A stretch of 63,290 nt of DNA from Thermoplasmatota archaeon (lineage in GTDB: Archaea > Thermoplasmatota > SW-10-69-26 > JACQPN01 > JAJPHT01). Positions 34,709 to 43,012 of the stretch are shown piece by piece. A program made the translations under genes and the position numbers. The stretch's first letter is position 1, and each line of letters starts with the position of its first letter. The stretch lies in assembly GCA_035526585.1 (NCBI GenBank), contig DATLCC010000109.1, positions 1-63,290 of the forward strand, in the 5' to 3' direction. The notes under the pieces were generated by a model that was not told the DNA's origin, ran no database searches, and saw only the letters and a list, made by a program, of their open reading frames with translations.

Positions 34709-35416
34709 GTGATCGTCGCCGACCGCCTCGCGCGCACCTTCCGCGACGGCACCGTCGCGGTCGAGGAGGCGAGCTTCGACGTGCGCCCCGGGGAGGTGCT
34801 CGCGCTCCTTGGGCCCAACGGAGCCGGCAAGACCACCACCCTTCACATGATCCTCGGGCTCCTGCGGCCCAGCGCGGGGCGCGCGCTCCTGGGCGGGATC
34901 GACGTGCAGGAGGACCCAGCGGGGGCGTACCGCCTCGTGGGATATCTCAGCGAGAACGTCCTCCTCTATGGCAACCTCACCGCGCGCGAGAACCTCCGCT
35001 TCTTCGCCGACGTGAGCGGCGCGACCGTACCCGCGTCGCGGCTCGACGCGCTGCTCGACGACGTGGGCCTCGCGCACGTGGCGGATCGGCGCGTCCACGC
35101 CTACTCGAAAGGCATGCGGCAGCGCCTGGGCCTCGCGATCGCGCTCGTGAAGGACCCGCCCGCGCTCGTGCTCGACGAGCCCACGACCGGGCTGGATCCT
35201 GAAGGAACGGAGACGCTCCTCGCCCTGATCCGAGGCCTTCGCGACGAAGGGCGCGCCATCCTCCTCTCCACGCACGATCTGCACCGCGTGCAGGAGGTCG
35301 CCGACCGCGTCGCGATCATGGGCGGCCACCGCGTGCGCACCATCCTCGCCAACGACGAGCTCGCCGGCGCCGACATCGGCGCGCTCTATCGCGAGCACGC
35401 GGGAGGAGCGCCGTGA
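34709..35416 (+). CDS. ABC transporter ATP-binding protein
   Basis: 235 aa. Walker A GPNGAGKTT, signature SKGMRQRL, Walker B ALVLDEP. Confidence 0.9.
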   Translation: MIVADRLARTFRDGTVAVEEASFDVRPGEVLALLGPNGAGKTTTLHMILGLLRPSAGRALLGGIDVQEDPAGAYRLVGYLSENVLLYGNLTARENLRFFADVSGATVPASRLDALLDDVGLAHVADRRVHAYSKGMRQRLGLAIALVKDPPALVLDEPTTGLDPEGTETLLALIRGLRDEGRAILLSTHDLHRVQEVADRVAIMGGHRVRTILANDELAGADIGALYREHAGGAP

Positions 35417-36786
35417 GGCCCGCGCTCGCGATCGCGCGGCGCGAGGTGCGCGAGAACGTCGTCACGTGGAAGCTCCCGCTCGCGATCATCCTCACTTCCG
35501 TCCTCCTCCTCGCGGGCGTCACCTCGCTCGCCGCCGCCTACCGCGACGCGGTCGACACGCACGCCCTGGTGCAGGACGAATACGACGCGCGAGGCGAGGA
35601 GAGCAGCCCACAGGCGCTCGCGCACCGCTTCCTCGCGCGGCCCAACGCGCTCGCGCTCGTGGTCGGCGGTCCGGCCGAGAGCATCCGCGCCTCGCTCGCG
35701 AGCGTGCCGGTCGTCACCGATGAAAGCGCGCGCGAGCGGCAGGACCCGCTGCTGCTGCGCTTCGCCCCCACGGACCTCGCAAGCCTAGGCGTCGGCGTCC
35801 TTTCGCTCCTCGCGATCCTCGTCGCCTACGATGGCGTCTCGGGCGAGAAGGAGCGCGGCACGCTGAAGCTCCTCCTCATCAACCCCCTCACGCGCGGCCA
35901 CGTGCTCCTCGGGAAGTATCTCGGCGCGATGGCGACGATCCTGGGCTCGCTTCTCGTCGCGCTTCTCCTCGCCGCGATCCCGCTCGCGCGTGCCGGCGTG
36001 CGCTTCGAAGCGAGCGACTTCGCGCGCCTTGGCCTCATCCTCCTGACGCTCGTCCTGTTCCTGAGCGTCCTCGTCCTCGCGTCCCTCGCCGTGAGCTCGA
36101 TGACGACGCGCTCCACCGTCGCGATCCTTGCGCTCACGCTCCTCTGGCTCGTCGCCGTCTCGGGCGCCGGCACGCTCGCCGCCACCGCGGCCGGCGCCCA
36201 GCCTGAGGGTCGCACATCCGAGGAGCTCCTTCGCGAACTGCGCATCCTGCACGCATCGTACGACGAGGAGGAGCTCGCCGTGAACGCGAGCCTCGCGCAG
36301 CTCGAAGCGAAGAACGCGACGCAGAACGGCACGCTCGCGCCCGAGGACGCGGCGCGCCTGCGGGGGCTTCGCGACGAGCGCGCATCGCTCGAGCGCCAGC
36401 GCGTCGAGGACGAGCAGGCGCTCCTCGTCGCGTACGTGCAAGGGCGCGAGATCGACCTGCGCAAGGCGGAGCGCTTCGCAGCCGTCTCGCCGGCGGAGGC
36501 GTTCCGCTCCGCGTCGCAGCGCCTCGCGCAGACGGACTATGATGCCGCCCGCGCGCGCCTCGACGAGTTCGGAGCGTACGCGCGCGAGGTGAAGGAGCTG
36601 CGCGACGAGCACGACGCGACGGGCGGCGCGGCGGACGATTTCCAGCCGCCCGCGCTCCGCAGCGCGCCCTCGCGCGTGGGGAGCGACGCGTCGGAGGCGG
36701 GGCCGTTCCTCGCGGCCCTCGCGCTCCAGAACGCGCTCGCGGGCGCGCTCGCCATCGCGGCGTTCACCCGCTACGACGTGCGCTGA
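35413..36786 (+). CDS. ABC-2 type permease with long charged insert
   Basis: 457 aa with a GTGA overlap with the ATPase. Has TM segments plus a coiled-coil-like insert (EELAVNASLAQLEAKNATQNG...). Confidence 0.75.
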   Translation: MRPALAIARREVRENVVTWKLPLAIILTSVLLLAGVTSLAAAYRDAVDTHALVQDEYDARGEESSPQALAHRFLARPNALALVVGGPAESIRASLASVPVVTDESARERQDPLLLRFAPTDLASLGVGVLSLLAILVAYDGVSGEKERGTLKLLLINPLTRGHVLLGKYLGAMATILGSLLVALLLAAIPLARAGVRFEASDFARLGLILLTLVLFLSVLVLASLAVSSMTTRSTVAILALTLLWLVAVSGAGTLAATAAGAQPEGRTSEELLRELRILHASYDEEELAVNASLAQLEAKNATQNGTLAPEDAARLRGLRDERASLERQRVEDEQALLVAYVQGREIDLRKAERFAAVSPAEAFRSASQRLAQTDYDAARARLDEFGAYAREVKELRDEHDATGGAADDFQPPALRSAPSRVGSDASEAGPFLAALALQNALAGALAIAAFTRYDVR

Positions 36787-36799
36787 GCCCGGACCGGCC

Positions 36800-38335
36800 T
36801 CACGCCGCGCGCTCGTCCAGCTCCGCGAGGATCATCCGCACCGCGCGGCGGAGCTCGCGGCACTCGTCGCGCCCGAGCTCCCGCATGCAGTGCCCTTCCG
36901 CGTCGTGGACCAGCATCGCGAGGCCCGCCGCGCTCTTCGCGTATCCCGCGGGAAGGGTCACGTCGTCGAGCCAGTCGTCCACCTGGACCTCGTCCACGTG
37001 GTGCCACCAGTGCTTCCACCAGCCGTGTCCGTGGTGGCGCCCCGCGCTGCGGCCATCGTGCTCGCCACCGTCGCCTTCATCGTCGTCGCGCGGCGCGACG
37101 GTCGCGTTCTTCACGAGGAAGTCCTGGTCCACCGCGATCGACCCGACCGTCACGTGGATGGCGCGCGCCCCGCTCGAGGGCGACGTGGCGACCCAGCCGC
37201 TGGGAAGCGCGACGCGAAGGGTCACGTCGCCCAGCGGGAGCCATGCGAGGCGGTAGTGTCCATGGGAGTCGGTCTCGTCCGCGGGCTCGCTCTCGTCGCG
37301 GCGGCCATCGTGGTCGAGGTCCGCGTAGACGACGACGTCTTCGACGCCCTCGCCATCGCGCGCATCGCGAACGCCGCCGCTCGCCTCGCCAAGGCGCGTC
37401 ACGACGAACGAGCACTGGACGAGCTCGCCCGGGGTGGGATCGACCTCGTCGCAGGGCGCCTGCGTGATGCGCCAGCCGCGGGGCGCGGAGAGCGAGAGCT
37501 CGTAGTCGTCGCCCGGATCGAGCCTCGTGAAGTTGCGCCAAGCGAGTCCGTCGTCCGTCTCGATGCGGAAGGGATGGGCGTCGTCCCCTTCCTGCCCGAA
37601 GCGTAGGGTGAAGCTCGCGTCGCCGCCCAACGCCAGCACAAAGACGTGGATCTCCGCGAGGCGCGTGAGCACGAAGACGCACTCCGCGCTGCCGTTCGCG
37701 GACGACTCGACGTCGTCGCACGCGCCCGCGTCGCGGCGCCACCCCTCGGGGAGGACGATCGTCGCGGTGTGCTCGCTGCGATCGTCGACGACGAAGCTCG
37801 TGGAGCCCGTTCCGTTCCTCGTGGTGATGTTGAAGCTCGCCGGTACGTCGTCCCCTTCCGCATCCACCCGGAAGGTGCCGTCGCCTCCGTGCGTGCGCAG
37901 CGTCACGCGGAACGTCGCGACCTTGTCCTCGTCGAACCAGCACGTCGTCGTGCCGTTGTCGAGAAGCTCGATGTCGGTGGGCGTCCCTTCGCTGCAGCCG
38001 GAGGCGACGAGTTGCCACCCTTCGCGGCTCGCGACGGAGAGGCTCGCATTGTCGTCGGCGTGGAGCTCTCCGAACCGCGCCGTCGCCGTACCGTTCCGCG
38101 TGGCGAGCGTGAAGGAGCCGGGAAGCCCGGCGCCCAGCGCAGCGAAGGACACGTCGAGGTCGCCGCCGCTCGCGTTCAGCATGACGACGAGCGTGGCGGT
38201 CCCGGGGGCCTCCAGCGTCTCGACGACGCCGGTCGCGAGGCGGGCGGCGCGCTCGCCCGGCGGGCGCGCCACGGCGGCGGGGGCAAGGGAAGCGAGCAGG
38301 AGCAGGGCGAGGGCGAAGAGGGTGCGGCCGCGCAT
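36800..38335 (-). CDS. secreted repeat protein with SdrD/Cna-B-like segment
   Basis: 511 aa from ATG 38335 with a signal peptide. Has repeated modules (F..TRNGT....F), DLDHDGRRDESEP...HGHYRLAWLPLGDVTLRV and a His/Trp-rich tail. Confidence 0.7.
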   Translation of the reverse strand: MRGRTLFALALLLLASLAPAAVARPPGERAARLATGVVETLEAPGTATLVVMLNASGGDLDVSFAALGAGLPGSFTLATRNGTATARFGELHADDNASLSVASREGWQLVASGCSEGTPTDIELLDNGTTTCWFDEDKVATFRVTLRTHGGDGTFRVDAEGDDVPASFNITTRNGTGSTSFVVDDRSEHTATIVLPEGWRRDAGACDDVESSANGSAECVFVLTRLAEIHVFVLALGGDASFTLRFGQEGDDAHPFRIETDDGLAWRNFTRLDPGDDYELSLSAPRGWRITQAPCDEVDPTPGELVQCSFVVTRLGEASGGVRDARDGEGVEDVVVYADLDHDGRRDESEPADETDSHGHYRLAWLPLGDVTLRVALPSGWVATSPSSGARAIHVTVGSIAVDQDFLVKNATVAPRDDDEGDGGEHDGRSAGRHHGHGWWKHWWHHVDEVQVDDWLDDVTLPAGYAKSAAGLAMLVHDAEGHCMRELGRDECRELRRAVRMILAELDERAA

Positions 38336-38418
38336 GGCAGACGCACCGCGAGCCCGCGAGGAGCGTGAGTCGGTTCCGGGGCGGTCATCGAAGGGACGCC
38401 GCCGCCCTCCGCTGCCCT

Positions 38419-39429
38419 TCACGCATCCACGAGGAAGCTCGCGCTCGTCACCCACGTGCAGAGCGTGGGCACGTCGACGCGGTCCATCGAGACGGTGACG
38501 GAGCGCGTCCCCGTGAGCTGTGCCAGCGCCGCTGCGTCGAGCGCGACGCGGAAGGGCGGGATCTCTCCCGCATTCGCGTGCGCTCCCGCCTGGTCCGCGG
38601 CCTGCTGCGCGGTCCACCATGCAAGCTGATGGATCAGGACCTCCTGCTCGCCCGCGGTGCCGTCCGCGCCCGCGAAGCCGAGGAACGCGTAGGTGTACGG
38701 CAGCATCGTCGCGTGCCCGACCTCCACGCCATCCACGGCCACGCGCACGACGCGCGCGCCGCCGCCGTTCTGGAACCAGAACTCCTCCGCGCCGTGGCCA
38801 GAGAGGAAGAGCTCGAGCGTCGCCGCCGAGGGCGCGGACGCGCCGAAGTCCACCGTGCGCGTGAAGCTCGTCCCCGTGCAGAGCCCGCCGAAGCGCTGCA
38901 CGTTCACGACCGCGTCCGTCGGCGCGACGAGCGCGACCGGCTCGGCGTAGAAGCGCAGCTTCAGCGTCAGGGCGCTCGCCGCGACCCACGTGTCCGTGTA
39001 CGCCTCGACGCGCGCGAGTCCGCCCTGTGGGAGCAGCGCGCCGTAGCGCGTGATGTCCTTCTCCACGGTCATGGGCGCGCGCGGCGTCGTGCCCCGGAGG
39101 ACCTCCACGCCAGCGACGCTCGCGGAGAACGTGCGGTCCCACGGGTCGCCCAGCGGCTCGTGCGTGAGCTCCATCACGACGCGGTCCCAGCCCAACGGGA
39201 CGTCGATGTCACGGCCGCGGAAACCGGCAGTGTAGGAGTAGACCTCGTGGTCGAGCACCGTGACGACGGCGATCGGCTCCGTGAGCGCGGGCACGTCAGG
39301 CCCCTCCTCCGGAAGCGCGGTCCCCGAGGAGGCAAGGCCGTGCGGGACGAGGGCGAGGAAGAGGACGAGCGCGAGGGCTGCGGGGCGGAGCGTGCGGATG
39401 CCTCCGGAGGCCCGAGCCGCCTCCCGCAC
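38419..39429 (-). CDS. secreted PNGase-A-like (peptide N-glycan amidase A family) protein, tentative
   Basis: 336 aa with a GTG start and a signal peptide. Blocks WDRTFSASVAGVEVLRGTTPR...VEKDITRYGALL and LSGHGAEEFWFQN resemble PNGase A by eye. Confidence 0.5.
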   Translation of the reverse strand: MREAARASGGIRTLRPAALALVLFLALVPHGLASSGTALPEEGPDVPALTEPIAVVTVLDHEVYSYTAGFRGRDIDVPLGWDRVVMELTHEPLGDPWDRTFSASVAGVEVLRGTTPRAPMTVEKDITRYGALLPQGGLARVEAYTDTWVAASALTLKLRFYAEPVALVAPTDAVVNVQRFGGLCTGTSFTRTVDFGASAPSAATLELFLSGHGAEEFWFQNGGGARVVRVAVDGVEVGHATMLPYTYAFLGFAGADGTAGEQEVLIHQLAWWTAQQAADQAGAHANAGEIPPFRVALDAAALAQLTGTRSVTVSMDRVDVPTLCTWVTSASFLVDA

Positions 39430-39529
39430 GATAGCCCTTCGCCCCCGATGCTTGATACGACGGGCGCGCGCTCGCCCGCACGTGGCGAGACCGAGCCGCG
39501 CCGAGGACGCGCGACCGCACCTTCCGGAG

Positions 39530-40189
39530 ATGGTGGTGCACCTCGACGACGTGCAGCACTACAGCGGCGTCCACCGCATCTCAGGCCTCGCGGATGGCGT
39601 CTTCAGCATCGCGATGACGCTCCTTGTCCTCGAGATCGCGATCCCGGCGACGCACGAGGAGTTCCTCGGCGACGTCCTGCCGCATCTGCTCGTCTTCGCG
39701 ATGAGCTTCATCATCCTCGGGACGTACTGGGTCGGTCACGCGATCCAATTCCACTACGTGATCCGCGCGGACCGCCCGCTCATGGTGCGCACGGTCCTCT
39801 TCCTGATGTTCGTGAGCCTCGTGCCCTTCTCGACCGCGTTCCTCGCCGCCGATCGGACGGACCGCCTCGCCATCGGCGTGTACACGGCGAACCTCGCCCT
39901 CTGCGGCCTTTTCATGCAGAACACGCTCCTCTACGCGACGCGGGACCCGCTCATGCTCCACCCGGTCATGGATCGGCGCATCTTCCGCGGCATCCGCGCC
40001 GCGTACGTCGTCGGCCCGATGCTCTATGCCATCGCGTTCCTCGTCGCGCTCGGCTCGCCCATCGCGGGCTTCGTCATCTGCGTCGCGGTGCCGATCATGA
40101 CGTTCTTCCCCAACCCGTTCTGGGGTCGGGTGTATCGTCGGATCGTGAACCGCCCCATGCCCGACGATCCACCCGAACGCGCGCCCTAG
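39530..40189 (+). CDS. TMEM175/DUF1211 family potassium-channel-like membrane protein
   Basis: 219 aa from ATG 39530 with RISGLADGVFSIAMTLLVLEI and about 6 TM helices. Confidence 0.75.
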   Translation: MVVHLDDVQHYSGVHRISGLADGVFSIAMTLLVLEIAIPATHEEFLGDVLPHLLVFAMSFIILGTYWVGHAIQFHYVIRADRPLMVRTVLFLMFVSLVPFSTAFLAADRTDRLAIGVYTANLALCGLFMQNTLLYATRDPLMLHPVMDRRIFRGIRAAYVVGPMLYAIAFLVALGSPIAGFVICVAVPIMTFFPNPFWGRVYRRIVNRPMPDDPPERAP

Positions 40190-40225
40190 AAAAAGTTGAA
40201 GGTCGGCCACGCCGAGCGCCCCTGG

Positions 40226-40714
40226 ATGCGGAGCTGGCTCGCGCTCGCCCTCGCCCTCGTCGCCGGGTGCGCGAGCGAGCCGCCCGGCCCGCTCGTCGCG
40301 GGCGAGCCGGCCTACGGCGACGGGCCCCCGTTCCTGCCGGAGGAGCCCCCCACCCTCCTTTGGGAGACGATCGCAGCGGGCGACCTGCTCCTCTCGCCTT
40401 CGCAGAGCGCGCTCGCCGTCACGGTCCCCAACGGCACCATCCGCATCATGACGAACTTCACGCTCGTCGCAGGAAGCGGCTACGGGCTCGGGCTTCAGCT
40501 GGGCGAATGCCAGCGCCGCGTCGATGCGCTCCTCAGCGGTCCCGGCGCGGTGCTGCCCGTCGATTGCGGCGGAGTGCTCGACGGATCAACGCAGCTCCAG
40601 GTGACGCTCACCGCCGGCGCGATCGAAGCGCGCGCCGAGGTCCTCGCGCTCACCTGCACCGCGCCCCCCGGGCACTGGCGCTGCCCAGGGCGCGCGCCGG
40701 TGCCGGAAGGATGA
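40226..40714 (+). CDS. lipoprotein, hypothetical
   Basis: ATG 40226 gives MRSWLALALALVAGC (lipobox). The track start TTG 40196 is less likely. Confidence 0.55.
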   Translation: MRSWLALALALVAGCASEPPGPLVAGEPAYGDGPPFLPEEPPTLLWETIAAGDLLLSPSQSALAVTVPNGTIRIMTNFTLVAGSGYGLGLQLGECQRRVDALLSGPGAVLPVDCGGVLDGSTQLQVTLTAGAIEARAEVLALTCTAPPGHWRCPGRAPVPEG

Positions 40715-41166
40715 GCCTCGTCGCGACCGCAGCGCTCATCCGCGCCCAAGCGCCTCGACCGGCGATGCTCCGCACGCCCCTCGTCACGGTCATCCTGGCG
40801 CTCACCCTCACAGGCTGCACCGACACCCACGACGCGACCAACGGCCTCGCAGCGCGCGGCGAGCCCCTCTACGAGGGGACGCTGGCGCTGCGGCCGGGCT
40901 CGGTCGCGTCCGCCGACGTCCAGGTCCCCGCCAACGTCACGTCCGCCGACCTCACGTTCCGCATCACGGGCGCCGTGACCGGACTCTCCTGGGCGATCGC
41001 GGGATGTTCGGGCTCCACCGGGGGACTCCAAGTCGGGCAGAGCAACGAGGTCAACGGCCGATGCGGCCCCCTCTCCGTCGGCGCACAGACCTTCGAGCTG
41101 CGTCCGACGCAGGGCACAGGCTCAGGGAGCGTCCGGGCGACGATCGTGGCGCACATCCAGAGCTGA
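40711..41166 (+). CDS. lipoprotein, hypothetical
   Basis: ATGA overlap with the upstream stop. ATG 40765 is an alternative and gives MLRTPLVTVILALTLTGC (lipobox). This is the only real part of the 933-aa track ORF. Confidence 0.55.
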   Translation: MSLVATAALIRAQAPRPAMLRTPLVTVILALTLTGCTDTHDATNGLAARGEPLYEGTLALRPGSVASADVQVPANVTSADLTFRITGAVTGLSWAIAGCSGSTGGLQVGQSNEVNGRCGPLSVGAQTFELRPTQGTGSGSVRATIVAHIQS

Positions 41167-41167
41167 A

Positions 41168-42700
41168 TCAACCTTCCATCGCGGAGGGGCGTTCCACGGT
41201 CGCGACGAACACGTCGGCCTTCTCGTGGCGCGTGTCCACCCACACGAAGCTCGCGCGGCCCGCCACGGCGCTGTCGGAGTCGCGGTAGTCGCCCAGGAAC
41301 ACCATGCCGTTCTGGTGGTGTGACCATTGCTCGTCGCTCGACACGCTCGTGATGCGGACGTTCCTCGAAAGCGTCGCGCCTCCGTCGACCGAGTAGGCGT
41401 AGTACGTGTCGAAGAGGTGGTTCTGCGCGTCGTCGCGACGGTCCTGCCAGGAGAGGTCGACCGTGCCGTCGGGGCCGACGCTCACGACGGGCATGAACTG
41501 GTCCGCCTCGCCGGCGTCGTCGCTCACGCGCTTGGGCGCGGTCCACGTCGTCCCGTGGTCGTCGCTCCACGTGAGGAGCGCCTCGCCGTTCGTCCCCGCA
41601 TGGTCGAAATACGTCACGTAGACACGCCCCGCGTGCGCAGCGCTGCGGTCGACCGCGAGCGACCCGTACGGCACGAGGCGGAAGAGGGAGCCACGCAAGG
41701 TGGGCCAGCCGTACTCGTTCCTCTCCGGGCCGTTCGTGAAATTCGCGATCGGCACGGGCTCGTCCCACGTGAGGCCATCCTCGCTGTGGGTGACGAGGAT
41801 CTGCCCTTCCTCGAAGCCTTCCGCGAGCGCCATCCACACGTGCCCATCGGCGCTGAAGTCGATCCACGGGAATCCGCCGGCGTCCGTCGCGACCGTCATC
41901 GCGCTCCAGGTGTCTCCCCGGTCCGTGCTCTTGCTGCAGACCACGCTCGAGGGCTGGGTGAGGTAGAGCGGATCGTCCGCGTCGGGCGGGGACGCGGGGA
42001 GCGGCGCGGTCTGCCCCACGGGGTTCGCGTAATCCCAGCACAGGAGCACCATGTCCCCGGCCGGCGACACGGCGAGCCACTGCTTGTCGTGCGCGAGGCG
42101 CGGGCCCTCGACGACGATGCGCGCCTTGTCGAGCGGCCACGTGTCCCCACCATCGTCGCTCACAAGGACCGCCATCGCGCTGCAGCTCCACGCCCAGTCG
42201 TTGAAGCCGCCCTGGGGCAGGGTGCCGCGCCCGGTCTTCGAGCCCGTCGCCGGATCGCACTGGTAAGGCATCACGGTCCAATAGGCGCGCCCATCGGGGC
42301 CGAAGGCGACGACCGGATCCGTGGCGCACCAGTACTTCGTGAACATCGTCTGCGGCGCCGTCGGGTCCGCAAGGCGCGCCCACGGAGAGCCAGGCACGTT
42401 CTGGTCCGTCCACGTCTTCCCACCATCGTGCGTGGCATACACGCCCGCCCACGTGCAATCGCCGGCCTGGCCCGGCGTGTAATCCTTCCCCGTCGCGATG
42501 ATGTTCAGGGGATCCAGCGGGTTCACCGCGATGCTCAGCTCGTTGGCCTGCCGGGCGTCAGGCTCCACCGTGGCCTCGAGGTCGCAGAGGCCCGCAACGC
42601 ACAAGGTCGCATGGTCCGCAGCCGAAGGAAGAGGCCCGGCGGAGGGCGTGACGCATCCGGCCGCGAGGAGGCCGGCAAGGAGGACGAGCGCGGCGCGCAT
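41168..42700 (-). CDS. BNR/Asp-box repeat (sialidase-like beta-propeller) lipoprotein
   Basis: 510 aa from ATG 42700 with lipobox LAAGC. Asp-boxes: THDGGKTW, SDDGGDTW, STDRGDTW, SEDGLTW, SDDHGTTW. Confidence 0.8.
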   Translation of the reverse strand: MRAALVLLAGLLAAGCVTPSAGPLPSAADHATLCVAGLCDLEATVEPDARQANELSIAVNPLDPLNIIATGKDYTPGQAGDCTWAGVYATHDGGKTWTDQNVPGSPWARLADPTAPQTMFTKYWCATDPVVAFGPDGRAYWTVMPYQCDPATGSKTGRGTLPQGGFNDWAWSCSAMAVLVSDDGGDTWPLDKARIVVEGPRLAHDKQWLAVSPAGDMVLLCWDYANPVGQTAPLPASPPDADDPLYLTQPSSVVCSKSTDRGDTWSAMTVATDAGGFPWIDFSADGHVWMALAEGFEEGQILVTHSEDGLTWDEPVPIANFTNGPERNEYGWPTLRGSLFRLVPYGSLAVDRSAAHAGRVYVTYFDHAGTNGEALLTWSDDHGTTWTAPKRVSDDAGEADQFMPVVSVGPDGTVDLSWQDRRDDAQNHLFDTYYAYSVDGGATLSRNVRITSVSSDEQWSHHQNGMVFLGDYRDSDSAVAGRASFVWVDTRHEKADVFVATVERPSAMEG

Positions 42701-42754
42701 GCGCGGGGACCGGAGGACCCTGCGATAATCGTTCTGGCGCCGGCCTTGCGCGGG

Positions 42755-42865
42755 CCACGTGGCGCCACGTGGGCCCACATGGCGCGCTGGGCGTCAGGTG
42801 GCCCTCGGGTGAGGATCGGGTGGCGCTCAGGTGCGGGCCAGGTGTCCCTCAGGTGTGGCGTGAGG
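42755..42865. repeat. degenerate 10-bp-phased CACGTGG/CAGGTG array, copy K (no terminal module)
   Basis: CCACGTGGCG CCACGTGGGC CCACATGGCG CGCTGGGCGT CAGGTGGCCC TCGGGTGAGG ATCGGGTGGC GCTCAGGTGC GGGCCAGGTG TCCCTCAGGT GTGGCG. Confidence 0.7.
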
Positions 42866-43012
42866 CGGCGCTCGACTCGGCGCCGCGTGGCGACCCGACG
42901 CGCCGCCCTGGGCCCGCCGCCCCGCCTGCACCGGCGCCACCGGAAACTGCGCTTCCCGTCCGGGGCCAATGCTCAAGTAGAGGACCCCGAATGTGCGCAA
43001 GGTCGGCACCTC

